From the NCBI GenBank assembly GCA_035387885.1, contig DAOOOW010000001.1, positions 43,392 to 107,391 on the forward strand: a stretch of 64,000 nt of DNA, given 5' to 3'. Both the position numbers and the translations under genes were made by a program. Origin of the DNA: a bacterium. GTDB taxonomy: Bacteria > Patescibacteriota > Patescibacteriia > UBA2196. Below the pieces are notes generated by a model. It worked only from the letters and a program-made list of their open reading frames with translations, ran no database searches and was not told the origin of the DNA. Shown here one piece after another: positions 39,532 to 48,359 of the stretch (position 1 is the first letter of the stretch; each line of letters opens with the position of its first letter).

Positions 39532-39565
39532 GCTATTTCTCCTTTTTTCTCCCACCAGCCCCATG

Positions 39566-39652
39566 CCAGTAGGCTACTGCCTTAAAGTTATCGAGCAAAT
39601 AAGACCAAAAGATTTTATCCGCTCTTAGTTTTTAAGGCATAAGTCTACTGGC
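39566..39652 (-). promoter_or_regulatory. Conserved structured leader/operator, copy 1 (CCAGTAGACTTATGCCTTAA ...45 nt... TTAAGGCAGTAGCCTACTGG)
   Basis: About 90 nt nearly identical to the inverted copy at 61317-61406. Related to 41275-41360. Confidence 0.6.
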
Positions 39653-39821
39653 AAATAAATTTTAAAGGTGCTCTTTTTATTTAAATTAATTATCAAAATT
39701 TTTACTGCTTTATCTAACACTATAATTATCACATTTTTATCAAAAAGTGTCATTTCTGTCGACAAAATTATTAACTTGCTATTTTATTTTGCTTATATTA
39801 TAATAAAAATGAATAAATTTT

Positions 39822-39840
39822 TTGTCGAAATTTTCGACAA
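39822..39840. promoter_or_regulatory. Perfect 19-bp palindrome TTGTCGAAATTTTCGACAA upstream of the TrmB-like gene. A second TGTCGACA lies at about 39757
   Basis: Read directly. Candidate operator. Confidence 0.4.
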
Positions 39841-39862
39841 AAAACCCTAAAAACTAAAATTT

Positions 39863-40606
39863 ATGTTAGATAAAAAACTTATCCACACCCTTATTAAAAT
39901 TGGTTTAAATGAAAAAGAAGCCGAAATCTATCTGTCCTCTTTAGCTTTAGGTCCTAGCACAGTCGCTAAAATTAGCCAATCCTCTCAAATAAAACGCACT
40001 ACTGTGTATTCAGTAATTGAATCTCTAAAAGAAAAAGGGCTAATGTCTATCCAATTAAAAGGTTTCAAACAATTCTATGTGGCTGAAAAACCAGATAAAT
40101 TAGCAGATTTTTTAGAAGAAAGAAAAAAAACCCTTAAAAACGCTCTACCACAATTCGAATCTCTATATCAAATGAAAGGCATAGAAAGCGTTATTAAGCA
40201 TTATGAAGGTCTAAACAACATTAAAAGCTTATACAACAGCGTTTTAGCTGATTTAAAATTTAAAGATGATTATTTAACCATCTCTGATACTAAACGTTGG
40301 CTAGCTCAAGATGAAGAATTTTTTAATGATTTTATTAAAAAAAGAGCTAAACACAGAGCCAGAGTTCGTTTGCTTTTACAAGACAATGAAGTGGCTCAAA
40401 ACTTTAAACAATTTCAAAGAAACTATGGTATTGAAGTCAAAATATTGCCTATGGACACAGAGTTAAACACTAATTTGCTGGTTGTTCCTAAACAACTAAT
40501 TATTCAGCAATTAACCATACCCTATGAAGCTGTGGCTATAGAAAATCAAAATATAATTAATATGGGCAAGCAACTGTTTGAAATTATTTGGTCAACCTGC
40601 AAATAA
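39863..40606 (+). CDS. TrmB-family transcriptional regulator
   Basis: N-terminal wHTH (LNEKEAEIYLSSLALGPSTVAKISQSSQIKRTTVYSVIESLKEKGL). Length 247 aa. Paralog of 41662. Confidence 0.75.
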   Translation: MLDKKLIHTLIKIGLNEKEAEIYLSSLALGPSTVAKISQSSQIKRTTVYSVIESLKEKGLMSIQLKGFKQFYVAEKPDKLADFLEERKKTLKNALPQFESLYQMKGIESVIKHYEGLNNIKSLYNSVLADLKFKDDYLTISDTKRWLAQDEEFFNDFIKKRAKHRARVRLLLQDNEVAQNFKQFQRNYGIEVKILPMDTELNTNLLVVPKQLIIQQLTIPYEAVAIENQNIINMGKQLFEIIWSTCK

Positions 40607-40653
40607 AAAAGCCGAGATGTTGCCACCTCGGCCGTACTGCTGACTCGTCATCA

Positions 40654-41235
40654 TTAGAATGTGTGTTTCAACGCTGCCATGAATAACGGCGTTTTTTTAT
40701 CTAGGTTATAGGTTGCCGACAAAATAATTTTTTCATTACCACAAGGCAAAGAATAATTTATCGTCGGCATATGCGCTGGTTTTTCATCCAGGTAGTGCAA
40801 CACAGAGAAACCTGCACCAAAATTACCAGCTACAACATCCACAGAATGATATGCAAAACAGAAATTCGCCTTCCAAGTCGGTTTCAATACTTCACCAGCC
40901 ATTACACCAAACCAGCTGGTGAACGTTACAAACTTGGCAAAGTTTGGGGTGTAACCGACAAATGGCCCAGCCCAGACCGTTTTATAATAGACCCCAAAGC
41001 TAGGACCTACTGAAATCCCTGAGGGCAGATTTTTTAAAAAAATAAATTGCCCCAAGGTGCTGTTGAACTCGGCCATTAAAAGTATACTTTTTGCCGAATC
41101 AAGAACAGTTACTGCTCCACCCAGGCCAGAGCTAAGAGCGCTTTGGCCAGATGAAACTTTTATGTCAGTGACTTTTTGGGCCATCACCATGGTGGCAACG
41201 GCCAATACCAGCATCGCGATCATCATCTTTTCCAT
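40654..41235 (-). CDS. Secreted beta-barrel-like protein (OmpW/OmpA-like outer-membrane-protein texture) ending in a C-terminal Phe
   Basis: Signal peptide MEKMMIAMLVLAVATMVMAQ. Alternating hydrophobic beta-strand pattern. C-terminal ...LKHTF. Elevated GC. Preceded by leader copy 3. Confidence 0.5.
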   Translation of the reverse strand: MEKMMIAMLVLAVATMVMAQKVTDIKVSSGQSALSSGLGGAVTVLDSAKSILLMAEFNSTLGQFIFLKNLPSGISVGPSFGVYYKTVWAGPFVGYTPNFAKFVTFTSWFGVMAGEVLKPTWKANFCFAYHSVDVVAGNFGAGFSVLHYLDEKPAHMPTINYSLPCGNEKIILSATYNLDKKTPLFMAALKHTF

Positions 41236-41274
41236 AACCACCTCGTATTTTAGTGAATACTCCTGCCGGACTTT

Positions 41275-41360
41275 CCAGCAGAATAGTGCCTTAATTATTG
41301 TCAAACGATCAAAAGCAATCATACTTTGGTCGTTCTTAGTTTTTAAGGCATAAGTCTGCT
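41275..41360 (-). promoter_or_regulatory. Conserved structured leader/operator, copy 3 (compensatory T-to-C change in both arms)
   Basis: Arms CCAGCAGACTTATGCCTTAA / TTAAGGCACTATTCTGCTGG, against CCAGTAG.../...CTACTGG in copies 1 and 2. Confidence 0.5.
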
Positions 41361-41615
41361 GGAAATAAATTTTTAAAGTGCTGTATATCTTTTTATTTGC
41401 CATTCAAAAACTCTTCCTTGTTGTGAGAAGAGTTGAGAGTTATAAATCTAATATCTGGTGCTTTTGAGGAAATTAATCCTCTTGGCACTTTTTCTCTCTT
41501 CTCATTCTCTATTACTAGAATAGCATTTTAAAGGTATTTGTCAATAATTATGCCACATTTAAAAATGTTCTAATGGCTTAAGTTAGGCAATAATACCTTA
41601 TTTAATAAGACATGT

Positions 41616-41632
41616 TGTCAGAATTATTGACA
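41616..41632. promoter_or_regulatory. Palindrome TGTCAGAATTATTGACA upstream of the second TrmB-like gene
   Basis: Read directly. A similar TGTCAATAATTA lies at about 41549. Confidence 0.35.
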
Positions 41633-41661
41633 CATTTAAGAAAATTTGCTATACTTTATAT

Positions 41662-42393
41662 ATGGAAATAGAAGAAAAATTATTAGTTGATTTGGGGCTT
41701 TCCCCAACCGAAAGCAGAGTGTACCTAGCTGTTTTAGAGTTAAATAGCAGTACAGTCTTAAACATTGCCAAAAAAGCAGGCATCAAAAGACCAACCTGCT
41801 ATTTAAATTTGGATAATTTAGTAATCAAAGGCTATGTCACGAGAATTGAAAAACACAGTACCACTTTGTATACAGCAGAAAAACCAAGTTTTATTTTAAA
41901 TAAATATAAGGAAAAAATAGAAAACTTTAAAGATTTACTGCCTTTTTATGAAGCGAAATTTAATCGCGGTCCCAAGCCAAAGATTAGATATTATGAGGGT
42001 AAAGAAGAAATTTGGAATATTTATACAAAAATCATTTTTCCCTCTGAAGAACTGTATTTTTTTGGCACCGACATACAAAAAATAGAGAAAAACTTTCCCA
42101 ACCTGCTTGATTATTGGTTAAAGAAATTTTCTTCTAAAAATAAAAAAATGATGGAAATTGTTTCTTTTAATGAAGCCGGCTTTAAATACATGACCAAATA
42201 TAAAAAAAATCACCTCATAAAAATTATGCCAGCCAATCTGCCGGTTTTTGCTGATTCGGTTATTACAGAAAATAAAATTTTTATTATTTCTCTGAAAAAT
42301 CTTTTTGGGGTTTTGATTGAATCAGAAGACTTGGCCAAGACTTATAAAAATTTTTTCTTACTGGCTTGGCAAGCGGCTAAAAAAATGAAATAA
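41662..42393 (+). CDS. TrmB-family transcriptional regulator (paralog)
   Basis: wHTH LGLSPTESRVYLAVLELNSSTVLNIAKKAGIKRPTCYLNLDNLVIKGYV. Length 243 aa. Confidence 0.75.
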   Translation: MEIEEKLLVDLGLSPTESRVYLAVLELNSSTVLNIAKKAGIKRPTCYLNLDNLVIKGYVTRIEKHSTTLYTAEKPSFILNKYKEKIENFKDLLPFYEAKFNRGPKPKIRYYEGKEEIWNIYTKIIFPSEELYFFGTDIQKIEKNFPNLLDYWLKKFSSKNKKMMEIVSFNEAGFKYMTKYKKNHLIKIMPANLPVFADSVITENKIFIISLKNLFGVLIESEDLAKTYKNFFLLAWQAAKKMK

Positions 42394-42399
42394 ATTTTT

Positions 42400-43060
42400 G
42401 TTCCATATAGAACATTTAAAATAAAGTTTTCCACCAAAAATCTCTATTTAAGGCACTTTTCCACAAATTGTCTACACTAGTGTAGACAATTTTTATTTTA
42501 GCAAAAATAAGCCTTTAAATGTTCCATGTAGAACATTTAAAATAAAGTTTTCCACCAAAATGGCTTTTTTTTACCACTTATACACATTTTGTCTACACAC
42601 GTCTAGACATTTTATTAATTTTCACTCAATCACAACCAGTTTTTACTCTTGTCAGCTAGTTCTTTTTTTTTAAGATAATATTATTTAAAAAAATAAAGTT
42701 TACCCATCGGGGTTTAATTTTATTGTTAAATAATTGCAGTATGATAAACATTTTGTTCCATGTAGAACAATTTTAATTATTTTGGCAGATATTTATTCTA
42801 AATTAGGCATTTTCATAAAAATTGAATTTTTATGAAAAAATGCCTTTTTTTAGTCTTTTTGTTTATTATTAGCCAAAATCACCATTTTTCCAAAAAAAAT
42901 TGAATTTTTATGAAAAAAGAGTGTTTTTTACTTAAATTAGCCATTTTAGTCATTTTTCCAAAAAAATCCATCGTTTGACAAAATTAAATAAATATTTTTT
43001 TATTTAAAAAATGTCTACACAGGTCTAGACATTTTATTTTTTAATATTTTTTATCTAAAA
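42400..43060. repeat. Non-coding cluster of three iteron-like repeat families
   Basis: TGTTCCATGTAGAACATTTAAAATAAAGTTTTCCACCAAAA at 42400, 42522, and partially at about 42753. Palindrome TGTCTACAC..GTCTAGACA at about 42468, 42588 and 43012. AAAATTGAATTTTTATGAAAAAA at 42818 and 42897. Confidence 0.55.
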
Positions 43061-43120
43061 TTTTTTAAACCACCAACAAGTGGTGGTTTAAAATAAAAAA
43101 TAATTATTTATAATCAACTT

Positions 43121-43194
43121 TGGTGGACTTAGGCAGAATTGAACTGCCGTCTCCGCAATGCGAATGCGATGTATTACCACTATACGATAAGCCC
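43121..43194 (-). tRNA. tRNA-Ala (anticodon CGC), CCA encoded
   Basis: Acceptor GGGCTTA, anticodon loop TTCGCAT, T-loop TTCAATT, 3' ACCA. Confidence 0.75.
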
Positions 43195-43232
43195 GGTTTA
43201 ATAAAATTGTTGGAAAATTAACTCTAAAAAAT

Positions 43233-43304
43233 TGTCCTCGGAGGGAATCGAACCCCCATCTGTCCCTTAGGACGGGATTATTCTATCCATTGAACTACAA
43301 GGAC
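43233..43304 (-). tRNA. tRNA-Arg (anticodon CCT)
   Basis: Acceptor GTCCTTG/CGAGGAC, anticodon loop GTCCTAA, T-loop TTCGATT. Confidence 0.65.
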
Positions 43305-43471
43305 ATACACAAATATTAAAAAATAATATTATTATATTATCATTTGCTTTACAAAAAATCAAAAAAAACATAAGATAAAATTGATTATTTATAATTTAAA
43401 AAATATTTTTTAACCTCTAAATATTAAAAATTTACTTTTAGTTCTTAAGTAAGAACTAAAACCATAAAATT

Positions 43472-43846
43472 ATGTCAAAAGAAAATTTTAAAGATGTGGA
43501 AACAATTATTGGTCCATCTGTTAAAGTAGAAGGCGATTTTAATGCTGATGGTAATGTAATTATTGAAGGACAAATGCTGGGCTCTTTTAAAACTCAAAAA
43601 TCTTTGCGCGTGGGTGAAGAAGCAATTATTAAAGCTGCTATAGAGGCAGAAAATGCTTGGGTGGGAGGACAAATTGAAGGCAACTTAATTATTAAAAACC
43701 ATTTGGAATTATCCAGTAAAGCCAGAATTAGGGGTGATATTCAAGCACAAATTTTAACCATGGAAACAGGCGCTCAAATTAATGGTCAAATAAAAATGAA
43801 TGGCGAAGATACTGTGTTTAAAACAATGAATGAGGAAGAAGAGTAG
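43472..43846 (+). CDS. Bactofilin family cytoskeletal protein
   Basis: Beta-helical G-rich repeats (V.G.F.ADGNVIIEG...G..I.G.L.I) typical of bactofilin/DUF583. Confidence 0.7.
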   Translation: MSKENFKDVETIIGPSVKVEGDFNADGNVIIEGQMLGSFKTQKSLRVGEEAIIKAAIEAENAWVGGQIEGNLIIKNHLELSSKARIRGDIQAQILTMETGAQINGQIKMNGEDTVFKTMNEEEE

Positions 43847-43897
43847 TTACAAATGCTAAATATCAAATTTCCAACTACCAATTAAAAAAATATTTTT

Positions 43898-44728
43898 TTG
43901 AAATTTGTCATTTGGATTTTGACGTTTATTTCTATGTATTATTATATCTACGATCAATTTTTAAGCCAAAAAAAATACGATAAAATTTTGACTCAAATAG
44001 AAAGTAAAATTACAGACTTGGGTATTAAAGACAGAATAATTAAAATGTCCATTTTAAAAAGCGTTAAAGAACTAGTGACAGATGCCATTAGAAAAGGAGC
44101 TAAAAATATTATCGCTGTGGGCAATGATCAAACCATCAACCAAGTGGTTAATTTAGTTGCCAATCAAGAGGTTATAGTAGGCATAATTCCTATTGATAAA
44201 ATCAATAATCGTATTGCCAATTTTTTGGGTATTGATGATCCGCTAGAGGCCTGTGAAATTATCGCCGCCAGAAAAGTTGAGACTATTAATTTGGGCGAGG
44301 TTAATAATGATTATTTTATTAATTCCATTAAAATCCATGACAATAATTTAACTTTAAACTGCGACGAAAAATTCAAACTTTCTTTAACCAATAAAAATAA
44401 TTTAATTAGTATTTATAATTTTTCACCGGAATTTAATACTAATTTAAATGACCAAAATTTTTTTAACCCCAAGGATGTTTTTTTAGAAGTAATTGTGGAG
44501 CGTAAACCCAATGCTTCTTTGGATAAATTTTTTCAATCTTTATTAAAAACAGAAAAAAAACAACTCCCGGAAAGTATTTTTAGAGTTAAAAAAATAAATA
44601 TTAAAAATCCACTTAATAAAAGTGGATCCGTCTTGGTTGATAATTTTAAAATTCTTAAAACACCCTTAGATATTAAAATATCGACTAAAAAACTTAAAAT
44701 AATTGTGGGGAAAAAAAGAAAATTCTAA
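43898..44728 (+). CDS. Diacylglycerol-kinase catalytic-domain (YegS/DgkA-like) lipid kinase, divergent
   Basis: NIIAVGNDQTINQVVN...GIIPIDKINN resembles the DAGK_cat GGDGT..G..PLG motifs. Confidence 0.5.
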   Translation: MKFVIWILTFISMYYYIYDQFLSQKKYDKILTQIESKITDLGIKDRIIKMSILKSVKELVTDAIRKGAKNIIAVGNDQTINQVVNLVANQEVIVGIIPIDKINNRIANFLGIDDPLEACEIIAARKVETINLGEVNNDYFINSIKIHDNNLTLNCDEKFKLSLTNKNNLISIYNFSPEFNTNLNDQNFFNPKDVFLEVIVERKPNASLDKFFQSLLKTEKKQLPESIFRVKKINIKNPLNKSGSVLVDNFKILKTPLDIKISTKKLKIIVGKKRKF

Positions 44729-44786
44729 CTATTGTTTAATCTGCTCAACTCACCTTCGCCTGTTATTAAAAATTTTTTATTAAAAT

Positions 44787-45095
44787 TTATTTTTTCTTCA
44801 TTAAAGCCCCGGCCACAGCTTTTTTCTTAAGAGGATTTTTAATCCTCTCTTTTATTTCCTCGGTAAGACTATTATCATCAACAATCATTTTTTCTAAACT
44901 AATATCTACCACCTGTCCTCGACTAATTATTAATTCTTCAGTAATTAAACCCCTAATTAAACCTTCTGGTTTAATAGTATATTCCACAACGCTTTGTGAA
45001 TCTATTTGAATATTAAAACTTTGAATAGTGCCTAATTTTTGGCCACTTTGTGTTTCCACTTTAAGTCCAATCAATTGTTTATTAGTAATTTTCAT
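44787..45095 (-). CDS. PRC-barrel domain protein
   Basis: Size about 100 aa. L.G..V....G..LG.I..... pattern. Confidence 0.45.
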   Translation of the reverse strand: MKITNKQLIGLKVETQSGQKLGTIQSFNIQIDSQSVVEYTIKPEGLIRGLITEELIISRGQVVDISLEKMIVDDNSLTEEIKERIKNPLKKKAVAGALMKKK

Positions 45096-45098
45096 ATT

Positions 45099-45836
45099 TT
45101 ATTTTTTATCAATAATTTCTAGCGTTACTTTTTTCTTAAACAGATATAGTTGTTGGATACCCGTCAAAAGTGTACTCACAAACCAATAAAGGGTTAAACC
45201 AGCTGGTAAGGAAAAACCAATAAAAATAGTCATTAGAGGCATAAAATAAAGCATTTGTTTATTCATTTTGGCTGCCATATCTTCATCTTTAGCTGTGGCT
45301 ACAGCGGGTTGTTTTTTAGTAATCAACATTTTAGACACCCAATATTGAGCCAAGCCAGCCAAGACCGCCAAAATTATATTAGCTTTAGCCAGATCAATTA
45401 AACCAATAAACCAGGTGTTAATTTGACCAGGATTTTGGACAAAACTATATAAAATATCTAAATTTTGATTATTAGTTAAACCTTTACGAAAAACACTGTA
45501 GACAGCAACAAAAAACGGTAATTGGATAATTAAAGGCAAACACGAAGAAAAAGGAGAAATTTTCTCTTGTTTATATAAAGCCATGGTGGCCTTGGTCATT
45601 TCTTGGGGATTATCTTTAAACTTTTGGCGAATTTCTTCCATTTTTGGTTGAAGTTCTTGTAAAGCTTTTTGGGCTTTAATACTTTTAACTGAAAATGGAT
45701 AAAGGACTATTTTAATAACAATAGTAATTAAAATAATAGCAATACCAATATCATGCAAGGGAATAATATTGTAAAACCAAACCAAAAGATTAAAAATTGG
45801 TTGGTAAAGTATGGTATGATAAAGTTGGGTGAACAT
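45099..45836 (-). CDS. yidC: Membrane protein insertase YidC (short form)
   Basis: Five TM helices and conserved YidC/Oxa1 core. Operon rpmH-rnpA-yidD-yidC. Confidence 0.85.
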   Translation of the reverse strand: MFTQLYHTILYQPIFNLLVWFYNIIPLHDIGIAIILITIVIKIVLYPFSVKSIKAQKALQELQPKMEEIRQKFKDNPQEMTKATMALYKQEKISPFSSCLPLIIQLPFFVAVYSVFRKGLTNNQNLDILYSFVQNPGQINTWFIGLIDLAKANIILAVLAGLAQYWVSKMLITKKQPAVATAKDEDMAAKMNKQMLYFMPLMTIFIGFSLPAGLTLYWFVSTLLTGIQQLYLFKKKVTLEIIDKK

Positions 45837-45900
45837 ATAGAATTTATTATAACATTATTTATTTCTTTAAACAATTATTTGCTAATATTAGCTGTCTAAA

Positions 45901-46134
45901 TTACTTAATTGGATCATAACCACCTTTAGAAAAGGGGTGGCAGCGCAAAATTCTTTTAATCCCTTTAATACCACCCAATATAACACCATATTTGTCAATA
46001 GCTAAATACATATATTCAGAGCAAGTTGGCCTAAATTTACAAAATCCATAAGGTTTAAGAAATTTTAAAAATCCATGATCTAAAGACAAGGTTGTTTGAT
46101 ACAGAAGAATTAGTTTAAGAATGACGTATTTCAC
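45901..46134 (-). CDS. yidD: Membrane protein insertion efficiency factor YidD
   Basis: CKF.PTCSEY...A...G...G.......[15 protein letters not shown] signature. Confidence 0.85.
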   Translation of the reverse strand: MKYVILKLILLYQTTLSLDHGFLKFLKPYGFCKFRPTCSEYMYLAIDKYGVILGGIKGIKRILRCHPFSKGGYDPIK

Positions 46135-46294
46135 AAAAAAATTTAATTTTAAATTTTAAAAAATTTATTCTAATTTTAGCCAAATAATAATCAAAATCGC
46201 CTATCAACGATTAATTAACCGCCCTCTCCGAGCCCGTAAGCTATCGGGCTCTAGATGCCCCGCCTTCAAAAGTCGGGAATTAAAAAAAGCCAAA

Positions 46295-46624
46295 TTATAG
46301 CCACAAATTGGATTTTTTATATAAAAAATCTATTTTTTGTGCTATTTCTTGAAAATTAAGTTTTTTAAGACTTTCTTTAGTTAAAAACATTAAATCATAG
46401 CCTTGTTTAATTTTTTGCTCATTTTTTTGAATAATATTTTTAATTTGTCTTCTTAATTTGTTTCTAACCACAGCTTTTTTATCTACTTGCAAAGATATAA
46501 CTATACCATAGCGATTTTTTCCAAGATTATTTTTAATTAGTTTAAAGCCAAATTCGCTCACAAAAAAGGGTTGGCCAAATTTTGCCACCCTTTCAAAATC
46601 ATTTTTTTTTCTTAAAGTAAGCAT
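46295..46624 (-). CDS. rnpA: Ribonuclease P protein component
   Basis: RNR motif region (KAVVRNKLRRQIKN). Position between rpmH and yidD. Confidence 0.8.
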   Translation of the reverse strand: MLTLRKKNDFERVAKFGQPFFVSEFGFKLIKNNLGKNRYGIVISLQVDKKAVVRNKLRRQIKNIIQKNEQKIKQGYDLMFLTKESLKKLNFQEIAQKIDFLYKKSNLWL

Positions 46625-46639
46625 AATATTATAGCTAAA

Positions 46640-46780
46640 CTATTGGACAGCCAATCTTTTTCTGCCTTTAGCTCGACGACGATTAATAACATTACGCCCG
46701 TTTTTAGTGGACATTCTTTCTAAAAATCCATGTTCTCTTTGACGTTTAATTTTTGAAGGTTGATAGGTTCTTTTAGACAT
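46640..46780 (-). CDS. rpmH: 50S ribosomal protein L34
   Basis: Translation [46 protein letters not shown], done by hand. ORF below the size cut-off of the supplied track. Confidence 0.9.
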   Translation of the reverse strand: MSKRTYQPSKIKRQREHGFLERMSTKNGRNVINRRRAKGRKRLAVQ

Positions 46781-46988
46781 ATTTTTTTTAGTTTAAATAT
46801 TTTAAATATTAATTATAATAACATGTTTTAATCTTTTATGTCAATTAATTTTAAAAATCTTGTTTTATACACACTCCTTCCACAAGCTGTTAACTTTTAG
46901 GCATATTGCGCCTATTATCTATTACTGATAAAATATAAGTAACAAAATAAATTTTATTTATTTACTCTGCTTAAGCGGAATTAATTTT

Positions 46989-48359
46989 ATGAATAATGAG
47001 CAACTTTGGCAAGCTATTTTAGGAGAACTAGAAGTTTCTATTTCTAAAGCTAACTTTACTACTTGGTTTAAAAATACTTTTGTTTTAGAACAAGAAGATA
47101 ATAAGCTTATTGTAGCCGTACCCAACACATTTACCAAAACTTGGCTAGAAAATAAATACAATAAAGCTATTATTTCGGCTCTTAAAAAAATAACCCAAAA
47201 CAAACTCAATGAAATATATTATAAAGTTTCTTTGGTGCCTGAAAAAACCACTAATTCCGTGCATAATTTAAAAAATATTATTAAAAATGATTTAGAATTA
47301 AAAAATACCGAAAACCTTAAAACCGATAATCATGGATTAAATCCTAAATATGTGTTTGAAACTTTTATTGTAGGTAAAAGCAACGAACTAGCCTTTGCAG
47401 CTGCTCAAGCAGTGGCTAAAAACCCAGGCAAATCCTATAATCCACTCTACATTTATGGCGGTGTGGGTTTAGGTAAAACTCATTTATTACAAGCTATTGG
47501 TCATGAAATAGTTAAAAAAAATCCGCAAGCCAAACTTTTATATGCAACCAGTGAATATTTTACCAATCAATTCGTTTTTGCTATTCGTTCTAATAAAACC
47601 AAGGAATTTCAAAACAAATTTAGAGATATTGATGTTTTAATTATTGATGATATTCAATTTATTTCCGGCAAAGAACAAACTCAGGAACAATTATTTCATA
47701 CTTTTAACGATTTACATCAAAATAATAAACAAATAATTTTTTCCTCTGATAGAATTCCTAAGGCTATTGCTGGTTTAGAATCAAGATTAGAATCACGTTT
47801 TGAATGGGGTATGATTGTCGATATTGCTGAACCAGACACAGAAACTAAAATTGCTATTATTGAGGCTAAATTAATTGAAAAAGGCTTTTCTTTAGATAAA
47901 AACATTGTTTTATTTTTGGCTACCAATTCCGGTCGCAATGTTAGAGAAATAGAAGGTATTATTAATCGTATTATAGCCCATTGTGATTTAATTAGTCATG
48001 ACAAAGAAGTCACTCTGGAAGACGTTAAAAATATTTTACAGACCATTAATCAACATTTACCTCAAAGTGCTATTACAATCAAAAAAATTATTAAAATTGT
48101 AGCAGAATTTTATGATGTATCATTGGATGATATTCTTAGTGAATCTAGAAAAAAAGAATTAGTTGAACCAAGACAAATTACCATGTATTTAATTAGAGAA
48201 GAAATTGGTTCATCATTTCCCAATATTGGTCAAGAACTTGGCGGTAGAGACCACACCACTGCCATGCACGCTTATGAAAAAGTTAAAAAGTTAGTTTTAG
48301 AAAATGATAAAATTAAACAGGATATTTTTTTACTCAAACAAAAACTTTATAATGATTAA
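46989..48359 (+). CDS. dnaA: Chromosomal replication initiator DnaA
   Basis: AAA+ Walker A GGVGLGKTHL. C-terminal DNA-binding domain (MYLIREE...LGGRDHTT). Confidence 0.95.
   Translation: MNNEQLWQAILGELEVSISKANFTTWFKNTFVLEQEDNKLIVAVPNTFTKTWLENKYNKAIISALKKITQNKLNEIYYKVSLVPEKTTNSVHNLKNIIKNDLELKNTENLKTDNHGLNPKYVFETFIVGKSNELAFAAAQAVAKNPGKSYNPLYIYGGVGLGKTHLLQAIGHEIVKKNPQAKLLYATSEYFTNQFVFAIRSNKTKEFQNKFRDIDVLIIDDIQFISGKEQTQEQLFHTFNDLHQNNKQIIFSSDRIPKAIAGLESRLESRFEWGMIVDIAEPDTETKIAIIEAKLIEKGFSLDKNIVLFLATNSGRNVREIEGIINRIIAHCDLISHDKEVTLEDVKNILQTINQHLPQSAITIKKIIKIVAEFYDVSLDDILSESRKKELVEPRQITMYLIREEIGSSFPNIGQELGGRDHTTAMHAYEKVKKLVLENDKIKQDIFLLKQKLYND

Noticed and set aside
39205-39564. The 119-aa ORF (minus) and the 82-aa ORF 39224-39472 (plus) as protein-coding genes
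   Set aside because: The sequence is a chain of perfect 5-13 bp palindromes at about 52% GC. Long open frames on both strands are expected from low stop-codon frequency. There is no plausible protein signature.
39150-39600. RNase P RNA, tmRNA, SRP RNA or 6S RNA as the identity of the GC-rich structured block
   Set aside because: Conserved signatures are absent. These are the RNase P CR-I/CR-IV blocks (GGAAAGTCCGGGCTCC, ACAGAACCCGGCTTA), the tmRNA tRNA-like ends and tag reading frame, and the SRP GGAA tetraloop helix. The element also sits behind an mRNA-like leader with an RBS.
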